64,000 bases of DNA from Rebecca billardiae RCC1528. Its lineage: Eukaryota > Protista > Haptophyta. How positions within the stretch are numbered: the stretch's first letter is position 1; each line of letters opens with the position of its first letter. The notes beneath the pieces are model-generated. The model was given only the letters and a program-made list of their open reading frames with translations, had not been told where the DNA came from and did not search any database. Positions 19,342 to 29,063 of the stretch are shown piece after piece. The translations under genes and the position numbers were made by a program. The stretch lies in assembly GCA_965240325.2 (NCBI GenBank), contig OZ251234.1, positions 1,116,001 through 1,180,000 on the forward strand. Reading direction: 5' to 3'.

Positions 19342-20154
19342 ATGCGATGGCCGGCGGCCGTCTGGCGGCGGCTAGTGGTGGCGGCGTTGCTGGTCCTAGC
19401 GGTTTTGCGCGGTGCGTACGGGCGCAGCCCCGCGGATGCATGCCTCGCTGAGGTCGCCGACTACCTCCGCCTCACGAGCTCACTCGCTCCGCCTCCATGC
19501 CGAAACGATTTTGCAGCGATGGCGCAGCGACACTTCTTCCGCACGGGCCATGCCGCCGAGATTGGCGTCTACAGGGGCGGGTTTGCGGAGCACAACGCGC
19601 AGGTCTGGCAGGGGCATTACTATGCCATCGATGCGTGGGCCTATCGCCCGGGTGACCCGGGCGACAAGAACTTCAAGTCGTACGCCACCAACAAGGACTC
19701 GATGAGCACGACGAGGAAAAGGCTGCACGATGCGACAGGAGGGAATACCTCGCGGTACACGGTGATGCAGGCGCTCTCCACAGAGGCCGCTGAAAAGTTC
19801 CCCGACGACCACTTCGACTGGCTCTACATCGACGCGCTGCACACCCACGACGCTGTGGTGAAGGACATGCGCGCCTGGTGGCCCAAGCTGCGCACGGGAG
19901 GGTTGATGAGCGGCGATGACTATGGAGACGTCAACGACACCGAGTACCTCACGCGGGCGCGCTACCCGAGAACAGTGATCAAGAAGGAGGCGGGCCTGAT
20001 GCCGTACATGCCTACCAACAGATGGGGTGTAATTTCCGCCGTCCAAGAGGTGGCGCGCTCCTTCAACAGCCCCTTGCATGTCACTTGGAGCCTCGACTGC
20101 TACAAGTGGCCCGCGTGGTGGATCGTGAAGTCGCCAAGGTGCGCCGGACTTTGA
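19342..20154 (+). CDS. Class I SAM-dependent methyltransferase (Methyltransf_24-like) with N-terminal signal/anchor
   Basis: AEIGVYRG, YAIDAW, FDWLYIDALHTHDAV, GGLMSGDDY; hydrophobic LVVAALLVLAVL. Alternative upstream ATG at 19267. Confidence 0.85.
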   Translation: MRWPAAVWRRLVVAALLVLAVLRGAYGRSPADACLAEVADYLRLTSSLAPPPCRNDFAAMAQRHFFRTGHAAEIGVYRGGFAEHNAQVWQGHYYAIDAWAYRPGDPGDKNFKSYATNKDSMSTTRKRLHDATGGNTSRYTVMQALSTEAAEKFPDDHFDWLYIDALHTHDAVVKDMRAWWPKLRTGGLMSGDDYGDVNDTEYLTRARYPRTVIKKEAGLMPYMPTNRWGVISAVQEVARSFNSPLHVTWSLDCYKWPAWWIVKSPRCAGL

Positions 20155-21542
20155 CACCTTGCTCGGTTCGCGCCGACGCAGCGAAGCCGCCGATCTTGCG
20201 GCACCATGCGCACATTCTGCGCCCGCCCGCGGGCCCACGCCCGCCCACGGCGGGCCCGCGGCCTCCAGAGCCTGGCCCTGCCTGTTCAGGCAGCGCGGCC
20301 GTGACCGCTGGGCAACGGTATTATGGCGGAATTGGCGGACCGTCGTAGTTCGGTATAGCGGCTAAGTCGCGCGCGCTCGGAACTCGCAAGTGCTCAACTG
20401 CCGCTGGACGCAGTAGCGCTCCTGCTACAACGGACCGGACGCCCCGAGTGGCCCGACTCTCTACTAGCAGTGTACGGTCTGTTTCAGCAGTTGACAGCAG
20501 TGATGAGTATTGAGTACGTAATTTCAGTCGTCAGCGAGTCGCCGAGTCGGGACCGCCTCAGCCTCAGGTAGTAGTATACTGACGATGACGATGAATACCG
20601 TGCTCTCAGTCGTCACACCATATATACTCTTACAGTCGTCGTCTGCAGATACGGAGTCACTGAGTGAGATTTGCGAGGAGAGCCGCGGAGACTCACGGGC
20701 GGAGACAGCAGTCAGCAGACGTCCGACGAACTACGGTACTGACAGTCAGTAGTCACTACGTCTACGACGTCGACTGTCTGACAGACGGACTCAGACGCAG
20801 CAGGACTAGCCCTCGGTACCGACGACGGACTGACCGTGGCCGCAGTCCATAAATATCGAAGTTTGACGATAGTCATAGCTACCGCGTGATGAATGGCGTG
20901 TCTATACCGCGAGTACATCGTCATGATGACTGATCTCATATCAGCACTGATGATATCCGAAGGCTACATCGGACATCAATCAGTCACAGTCACTCATTCA
21001 CGTGACGGTTGTGACGCCCAAACACCGTCGATCCAGCCCGTCTCTGGGCCAGCCGGCGCGGTTCCAGACAGCGCAGCTCCGCGGAGCGCGGTCGCGGCTC
21101 CCCCGCCTCCGGGGGCCGTACTGGCCGACTGGCGGGGGACGTACTCACTAACGTGTCTCACTCTCAGTGACAGTAGGCTAAGCCACTACTCACTCAGTCA
21201 GGGTGCAGCGGGGTGCGGCGCCCCGGTCCATGTGACTGATGAGTCTGTCATGATGTCTGCATATGATCTCATTGCACCTGCCATCTGTATTCTGTTGCGC
21301 ACTAGCTAGTAGCTCCTGTCTGAGTGTTTGTCAAGTGACGATCCGGGTCTGATGACTGTCATCGTAGACGTAGTACCCGTGTCTACGTCTCCTACTGATG
21401 AGTGAGTACTGTATCGGGATCCACGGTTCACTCAGATCAAGCTGGCTGTAGCAGTTCTGAACGGCAGATGAGTAAGAGCTGATGAATCATGAAGCAGTTA
21501 GCCGGAGACGACTATGGTGATAATACTGATATATTAAATTCA

Positions 21543-22391
21543 TCAGCCCTGGTGGCCGTGCACCTGACTGTCACGCAAGGTCGAAGCACCATCACGTTCG
21601 CCCATACTCCTCGAGTCGTCAAGCAAGGTAGAGTAAGGCGGGCCATGAGACGGCGCCATAGATGGCTGGTACGGCCCCCTCTCCTCAGGCAGCATTGCTT
21701 CGGCGCTTGCACAGTCGCCACTCTCAAGGAGCGCGCCGATGGATCGAAAGAGTGCCGTCACATCGCTGATGCGTTGGATGCACTCACTCGCGTAGCGCTC
21801 GGCCGCTGGACCTCGTAGGCCCATCTGGAGCGAGCGAGTCCCTGGGAGGGGATGCGTGTACGCGTTACGTCCGGCATCTCCTCCGAGGGCTCGTTCGGGA
21901 TCCCACTGTACGATCACGGGACTGGAGGACTGTGGCTGGTTGGACGCACGGACGGCCTCGCGAACTAGGCCGTCAAATGCATGGCGATGCAGATCTATCG
22001 CGAGCACGCGGGCCTGGTTTGGATCCTTCCTCGCCCAGCCGCATCGATAGCCCATCCACACCGCTGACGGCTTGATCCATGTCATGCGCGCGTTGGACCA
22101 CGGCGGAACAAAGCCCTGCGCCTCGAGCGCAGCATCGGCAATTGCGTCGTTGTATGCCTGATACACGCGCACCGTATCCGTCGTGTATGATGCACGGATC
22201 TCACGAGTGGCGGAAGGGCTCGTCGTGTAGGATGCACGGATCTCACGAGTGGCGGGAGGCTCATCAGAGCGCGGCATGCCTCTCTGCTTCATGGCGGACT
22301 GGTCCTTTACCGTTGGACCCATTCTATGATTTAACGACACAGGCAGGACGACGCGGGTCTCCTGATTCGTCGGCGGCAGGGCGGCCATCAT
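21543..22391 (-). CDS. DUF4291 family protein
   Basis: IRASYTTDTVRVYQAYNDAIA, RMTWIKPS..WMGYRCGW, VQWDPER, RSLQMGL. True start may be a downstream ATG; short tandem duplication ATREIRASYTT x2. Confidence 0.82.
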   Translation of the reverse strand: MMAALPPTNQETRVVLPVSLNHRMGPTVKDQSAMKQRGMPRSDEPPATREIRASYTTSPSATREIRASYTTDTVRVYQAYNDAIADAALEAQGFVPPWSNARMTWIKPSAVWMGYRCGWARKDPNQARVLAIDLHRHAFDGLVREAVRASNQPQSSSPVIVQWDPERALGGDAGRNAYTHPLPGTRSLQMGLRGPAAERYASECIQRISDVTALFRSIGALLESGDCASAEAMLPEERGPYQPSMAPSHGPPYSTLLDDSRSMGERDGASTLRDSQVHGHQG

Positions 22392-24085
22392 GCCCTTCTT
22401 GGAATCTCGGATGAGCGGACGGCGCGCTTTTCAACGGTCAGATCATCGATCGAATAAATAACGCGGCCTGTCGCCTATTGGGAGAGCGGGCCCGGGGTAA
22501 TCTGTGATCTGTCTGCGCGAAGGCGGCAGTGATTCACGGACGCTGCGGGCACAGACCCAGTCCCGGTCCGCCGTGCGCGGACACTGGGCCACAGCCTCTC
22601 GGGCCGTGCGGCGAGCGTGCTGGTTCGCCGGGACCAAGCACTCCGATATAGTTAGGCGTGCGAAATCGTGCATAGACGACAGTCGCCTGTCGGCTTTGGG
22701 TCGCGCGGAGCAGTGAGTGCGACCGCGCGCCAGTGAGCTCCCAGCTGCAACGCGCAACGGCCTCAACGAATGCAGCCATCTGGTCCGAGCAGCCTCATCA
22801 TCGGTCGATCGAGGCTCCGATTCCGATCCGCGCCGCCACCCCCCCTCCGTGTTGCCGCTGTTGAACGATTGGCAGGGGCGTGTCCGCATCGTCTCGCGCG
22901 CACGTCACGCTCAGGCGTCTGCTCAGTGCGGCGCACGCGCTGTGTCCGCGCAGCTCGAGCATTGTGCCTCGTCGTCGCGATCCGGCCGATGCGGTTCGTT
23001 CGTTCGGTGCTGTCTGTGTGAAACAAACGCTTGCGCGAGGGGTACTTGAGATGCGCCGAGCGGCAACTAGGCGTTCGGGCGGTCGTGCAGGGGCGTGGCC
23101 GCATCATCTTTCGCGCGTGTCGCGCGCAGGCGCCTGCTCACTCCACACGTGCTCTGTCACCGCGGCTTTGGTCTGTGCGAATCTTGTTATTCCGGCTTGG
23201 ATGCAGCGGCCGGCGAGCTGCGGGCGAGATACGCAATCAGAGCTTGGCGCGAAGCAAGAAGTGCGTGACGGCCACGCACTGCGCCGCACGCGCCTCCCCC
23301 GGACGCGCATCGAGGCCACAGCACCCCGGGTGCGCGCCGCTCTGAGGCAGGCGGAAGCTCTGCGGCTCGTGCGACCCTGGCCGAGACAGCGGCGACGAAG
23401 GTCGAGACGCGACCGACTCGCGCGGACCGCTTCCAAGCCTCAACGGCAAGGGCTGCCAGGCAAGCTGGGCCTTGGGCATTTCGCATCTCTTTGATGCACC
23501 TTTCTGGATGCTTCATAGTCCGGTGCAGTGCCGATTCGATAGGTGGCGGTTCACACCCCAATCGTTTTCGTTTGCGCCCGATCTCTGGCTGCTCGAAACC
23601 TCGACAAGAATTCGAATCGTGTATCTGAAAGTAGACATTTTTCTACTACAGTACTAGTAGAATTCGAAGTCTGTAACTAACGTCACTATTAACGAGGCCA
23701 GCCGATTTCCGGACTTTCGCCTTGGACCAGTATGCGCCGCCATCGTGATTCGCGCTCGCGGGTTTGGTACACGGGCCCTCCAGGACCGCATAAATTTTGT
23801 TTTGGCCAGCTCACGCCACGTCGCCACCGCCGCACCGCGGCCCGACGATGAATTCTGCCAGCCCCAGCTCAACACGTGAATTAAGCTATAGCTACCGTGT
23901 ATGCGGCCGATAATGAAGAACAGACTACAGTGTTAAATCATAGAATGAGTATGCTCCATTCCGTCAACTACTCATCGTCAACTAGCTATATTCGCTCGGC
24001 CTCAAGTGTAAGTCGCGCGTTGGCTCGTACCGTACAGACGGCGTACTGCAGTAACAGGCGAGGGTAGTGAACTCGTCGTATCGGA

Positions 24086-24086
<1 letters not shown>

Positions 24087-24163
<77 letters not shown>

Positions 24164-24272
24164 AGATCTCTCTCTCTCTCTCTCTCGTCTATATATCTAT
24201 ATCTATCCGTATGGCGTATATTGATCTATCTATATCTATATATATCTATATATAGTTATTAAATATATATAT
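24087..24272. repeat. (CT)n and (TA/TATC)n microsatellite cluster
   Basis: Directly visible. Confidence 0.9.
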
Positions 24273-24807
24273 ACCAGTATACTGATATAATGCTGATAGA
24301 TCATAATAATACGATGCGCGCCAGCAGACAGCAGACAGTGGCGGCGTGACATTCACATCGACATGGTCCGACGACGTCGTGATCGTCGTGAATGTCGTGA
24401 TCGTCGTCGCGGATGACGAGGCGACAAGGCGGCTGGGCGCGGCGGCCACGCGAATGCCTGCGGACAGTGGAATGAGGAGGCTGTCGTCCAATTTGGGAGC
24501 TCTGCCGCAGGGGCAGTAGCACGGATGGCCCGGTAGGCCGGGTGGCGTGCACGCGCTGCCTAGCACTGCGGCACTGGCACTCGGCGGTGGCACTCATCGG
24601 CAGCCAACACCCCCGTTCATCATAGCTGCGGCGTGCGACGATCCCGCACGCGTGAGCCTGCGGAGGGCCATACTCATGTAGTGGTGCGCTTTTGCCTGAC
24701 GCGGCGGCAGTGGTGGGATGGGCAGCCAGCACGGAGCAGCGGTACGGGGCGCGAGCGCGACTCGCACGCCGAGCGAGTGAGCGCGTCGGCGGGTGGAGCG
24801 CTCACTC

Positions 24808-25462
24808 TCAGAGAGGAAAGCCCTCGTCCTTTTCCAACAGGCCCTGCTCCCGAAGCAGCTGCTGCACGCCGATGGCGAGGGCGAGGCCCTTGAGCCGAGC
24901 GACGCTCTTGTCGTCAAAGTTGCCGCTCGGCGGCGGCGGCGCGGCGGGTGAGGGCGGCGGCGGCGCGGCCGCAGGCTTCGGGGCGGGCGGCTTTGCTGCC
25001 GGCTTGGGCGCGGGCGCGGGCGCGGGCGCAGGCTTCGCCGGGGCGCTCAGGCTGTCGAGCAGGCTGAACTCCTCCTCAGACTTGGCCCCAGCAGAGCCCT
25101 TGGGCGGCCCGCCAAACGACGGCCATGCCGGCCGTGCGGGCTTGGCCGCCGCTGGCTTGGCCGCCGCCGGCTTGGCCGCGGCCGGAGGCGGCGGCGGCGG
25201 CGGCGCGGCGGGCTTGGCGGCGGGCTTGGCGGCTGGCGCGGCGGGCGTGGCGTCGACGTCGGCGGCGGGCGTCGCGGGCGCTGGCTTGGCGGCGGCAGGC
25301 GGCTTGGCCTCGGCCGGCGTCGGCGCGGGCTTGGGCTTCGGCGCGGGCTTCGGCGCGGGCTTGGCGGCCGCCGCCGCCGCGCCGCCGCCGCCACCCGAAG
25401 GCGACGTCTGACTTGCGCTCAGGCTGCCCAGCAGGTCAAACTCCCCGGGTGGCTTTGCCGGA

Positions 25463-25493
<31 letters not shown>

Positions 25494-26298
25494 CGGCTGC
25501 CTTTGGAGGCGGCGCGGTGGCGGCGGCCGTGGGTGGCGGGGCGGTGGCGGCCTTGGGCGGCGGCGGCGGCTTGGCGGCGGGCGCAGGCGGCGGCGGCGGC
25601 GGCGGCGCCCCGAATTTGGGCGGCCACGAGAAGACCGATGCCGCGGCGGGCTTGGGCGGCGGCGGCGCGGCTGCCTTCGCCTGCTTGGCTGCCGCCTCCT
25701 CCTCCGTCGGGAGCTCCGGCCCGGGCGCAGACGCGCGCAGCTCGGAGATCGAGAGCGGGCCCCTGGGCGGCGGCGGCGGCGGCGGCGGCGGCGGCTTCGA
25801 CGCAGCTGCCTTGGGCGCCGCCTTGCGCTTGGCGCCGCCGAGGCCAAAGCTGAGCTTGACAGGCTCCGGCTTGGGCTGCGGCGAGTCCTCCGCCTCCTCA
25901 GCGGGCGCGGCCGCGGCCGGGGGCGCCGCCTTCTTCGGCTTCGGCATGAGCCCGGCGAAGATGTTGTCCGGCGCCTTGGGCGCGGCCACAGGCGGCGGCG
26001 GCGGCGGCGGCGGCGCGGCCTCCTGCTTGGCAGCGGCAGGCTGCTTCGGGAAAAGGCTGTCGAACAGGCCGGCGCCGGCAGCGGGCTTGCTCGCCACTGG
26101 CGGCGGCGGCGGCGGCGGCGGCGCAGTCGCCTCCTTCCCAGCCGGCGGCTTTGGTGGCATCAGGCCGGCGAAGAGATTGGGTGGAGTGGCCTTAGACGGC
26201 GGCGGCGGCGGCGGCGCGGCCTCCTGCTTGGGAGCGGCAGGCGGCTTGGGGAGCAGGCTGCTAAACAGACCGGCCCCGGCGGCGGGCTTGCTCGCCAC

Positions 26299-26334
<36 letters not shown>

Positions 26335-27627
26335 GACCGGCTTGGGTGCGAAGAGGCTGCCAAAGATCGGCGGCGCCGGAGGCGACGGCGACGCGGCCCG
26401 CGGCGGCGGCGGCGGCGACGGTGGCATCTTCAACTTCAGAGCGGGCTTGGACGCGGGCTTGGACGCGGGCGTGGGTGCGGGCTTGGGCGCGGGCTTGGGT
26501 GCGGGCTTGGGTGCAGGCTTCGAGATCGGCTTGGGCGCAGGCTTCGGCGTCGGTGCCCGCGGCTTGACCACCGGCGGCGGCGGAGGGCGCGCCGGGGCCG
26601 AGCCCGGGCCGCCGAGGACGGTCTTCGCCCGGCCGGCGCCAAGGCCTGAGAAGGTGGCGCCTGGCTTGCCGCTCGGCCGCGCCTTGGCCGGGGCTGTCAC
26701 CATGGACTGCCGTACAGGCGGCGGCAGCGGGCGCGACGCGGACCTCGGCGGCGTGGCCGCCGGGCGCGCGGGCGCGCGTCGCGCCGGCGGGGGAGTCGGA
26801 GCCTTGCGCGCCGGAGCCGGCGGGGGCGGAGCCGCGCGCTTGGGCGGCGGGGGCGGAGCCGCGCGCTTGGGCGGCGGGGTCGCCACCTTCAGACGTGCCG
26901 GTGGTGGCGCAGGAGCCGCGCGCCGCGGCGGCGGCTTGGCCGGAGCGGCGGTGGGCGCGGCCGAGCCCGCAGCGCCCTTGAGCGCCTGCTCAGCGCGCTC
27001 GCTCGCCAGCGCGATCCGCTTCGCCGCCGCCTCCACCCGAGCGAGGAGGAAGTCGTCGACGCCGCCGCCGCCGCCCGCCTCGTCCTCCGCGCTCGAGCCG
27101 GAGGCCGCCGCGGCGGCCGTGAAGCGCGCGGCGTCGGTCTGGACCTGCTTCGACACGGCGCTCGCCGTGGCGAGGAGCTCGGCCGCCTCCGCGATCGCCG
27201 CGCCGCGCTTCTCCTCCGACCCGTACTTGAGCGCCGCCACGACAGGGTTCTGCAGCTCGGACGCGATGAAGCGAGATTTGTCCGCCGCGCGCACGCCCTC
27301 CGCCGCGTCGGCGATGATGGTCTCCGGGTCTGGGATCGGGCCAGCCGCGGGGCCTTTGCCACCGGAGAGCTTGAGCGCTCCGCCGGCGACCGCGGCCGAC
27401 GCCGCCACCGCGATGAGCACCTCCGCCGCGGTCTCGGCGCCGCCGGCCTGCACCGCAGGCAACGACGCGCGCGCTGGCCGAGCCGAGAGGCCATCTGCCC
27501 CGACGGTGACGCGGCTGAGCGGTTGAGACGCGCTAGCGGACGAAAGCGACGGGCGTGGGCCCGCCCCACCTGGGCCGACGAGAGCGGCGACCGCCCATAC
27601 GAGCCCAAGCGGGATCGAGACGGGCAT
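24808..27627 (-). CDS. Signal-peptide-bearing Pro/Ala/Lys-rich protein with repeated short hydrophobic motifs (~939 aa)
   Basis: ATG 27627 (MPVSIPLGLVWAVAAL); Ser/Arg-rich transit-like segment, hydrophobic segment, helical region, then PAK-rich linkers separating LF(S/D/A/G)xLxPK-type motifs. Confidence 0.75.
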
Positions 27628-27768
27628 TACGGCCGCCTCGCGACGCTGCCGTAGCGGTCGCTCGGGCTCGATGAGGCGTCTGATAATTGCGCAAGCCGTC
27701 GTCATCACGTGGTCGTCCGGGAGTTCGTGGAGGGTCCGGGGGCGTCCGGAAAACGACGGCCGGCGGTC

Positions 27769-28389
27769 ATGGCGACGCTCGCGGCCGTGATCTTGGCGGC
27801 ACTCCACTCGCTGTCGCCCCCGCCTGGCGATGCGCCCACACTGGTCGTGCAGCTGGAGGGCAACTCGAGCTGGGCGCCTCTTCGCATCAAGCTGCGCGCG
27901 GACATCGCGCCGCAGACCGTGGCCTCCATCACGGCTGCACTCGGGGCGGGCATGGCGTGCGAGCGGTGTGCCACTATCTATCGGAACGAGGCGGTTCCGA
28001 GCACGCCTCCCGCGTCGTGCGGCGCGATCGGCCCGTGCGGCCCGTACTCCCTCGTCCAGGGTCGGCTGGGCCTGCTCGAGGGCACGCCGGCCGAGTCGCA
28101 GCCCCTCGTAGAGCGCGGGCTCGTCGCGCGGATCGGCGCGGGTCCAGATTTTTTCGTCGCGATCGCCGGCCACGAGGACTGGGGCCACGCCTTCACCGTG
28201 TGGGGGGACATGCGGGACGACGAGGCGGGGATGCGCACGCTCGAGGAGCTCACACGGATGCCCTGGCATGAAGTCACCTCCGGTCAGACGGTGATGCGCA
28301 TGCTGGACGTCGAGCTGGCCGCCGACGTGCGCCTGCCAGATGAGGCGGCGCCAGAGCCATCGGAGGGAGACTCGCACGATGAGCTCTAG
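27769..28389 (+). CDS. Cyclophilin-like fold protein with signal peptide
   Basis: LRIKLRADIAPQTV, IYRNE, LVQG, GPDFFVAI, H..WGHAFTVWG resemble divergent cyclophilin-type PPIases. Confidence 0.7.
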   Translation: MATLAAVILAALHSLSPPPGDAPTLVVQLEGNSSWAPLRIKLRADIAPQTVASITAALGAGMACERCATIYRNEAVPSTPPASCGAIGPCGPYSLVQGRLGLLEGTPAESQPLVERGLVARIGAGPDFFVAIAGHEDWGHAFTVWGDMRDDEAGMRTLEELTRMPWHEVTSGQTVMRMLDVELAADVRLPDEAAPEPSEGDSHDEL

Positions 28390-28398
28390 TAGCATCAG

Positions 28399-28482
28399 TC
28401 TATATCTATATCTATATCTATATCTATAGAGAGAGAGAGAGAGAGAGTAGATATATCTATACTACTAGAGATAATATATATC
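28399..28482. repeat. (TATATC)n / (GA)n microsatellite
   Basis: Directly visible. Confidence 0.85.
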
Positions 28483-29063
28483 TACGACACATCAGACCGC
28501 CGGTTCCGCGGTTCTTCCATAGAACCAATAACGTAGTTAGGGAATAGGGGCCCGCGGTGCAACCCGCTCCTGTCGGCTGCCGGGCTGTCTCAGTCTGTCT
28601 GACTGACATGGCGGGCCGAGGACTCAGTCGCCGCGCGGGCCGCGCGGGGAAGCGGCCGCCGGGGCGGCGCGCGCGCGCAGGGCGAGAGGCGCCGCGCGGC
28701 GCGGGCCGGCGCGTGCGGGCGTGCGGGCGCACCTGCTTGATCGAATCATATGCGCATATGACGACCGCCGGACGACATGCATCATCATCTACTTTAGAGC
28801 CGGGTCAAGCGTCACACGGTCATCACGGAGTACCGCGGTCCCAGTCGCCGCGCGCTGGCGCACCGGATGCACGTTTGTCTGATATGCCAATGGCAATGAT
28901 GACGACCGAGACCGAGCCGGTCTATCAGTGACTACAGTATTCACAAATAATTATGAGTCAAATAAGCTTATATCACTGTCGATCCCCCCCTGGCCGACGC
29001 GGTCCTCTTTGCTCTCCATGCTGCACTTGGAGGCCACACACCTGCTACACGGGGGTGCCAGCC

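Noticed and set aside
19267-20154. Methyltransferase as cargo of the DIRS element
   Set aside because: It lies outside B2 (ends 19156), has a signal anchor and is not the Dam-like type found in DIRS elements.
20400-21500. GACT/AGTC-rich intergenic tract as ncRNA or repeat
   Set aside because: No consistent unit or recognisable RNA motif; similar texture occurs in other intergenic regions. No tRNA or rRNA was recognised anywhere in the window.
22443-23660. Short overlapping ORFs as a gene (also 3100-5100, 41100-42000, 62160-63000)
   Set aside because: No domain motifs or convincing exon structure by eye; needs RNA-seq.
25517-27526. 669-aa Gly-rich ORF and other long antisense or alternative-frame ORFs (e.g. 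654-2789, 9814-11901, 37258-39330, 42177-44198)
   Set aside because: Expected shadows of real genes at very high GC; no motifs.
27628-28395. N-terminal 256 aa of the 1195-aa ORF in the track
   Set aside because: Antisense shadow of the cyclophilin-like gene; the credible start with a signal peptide is at 27627.
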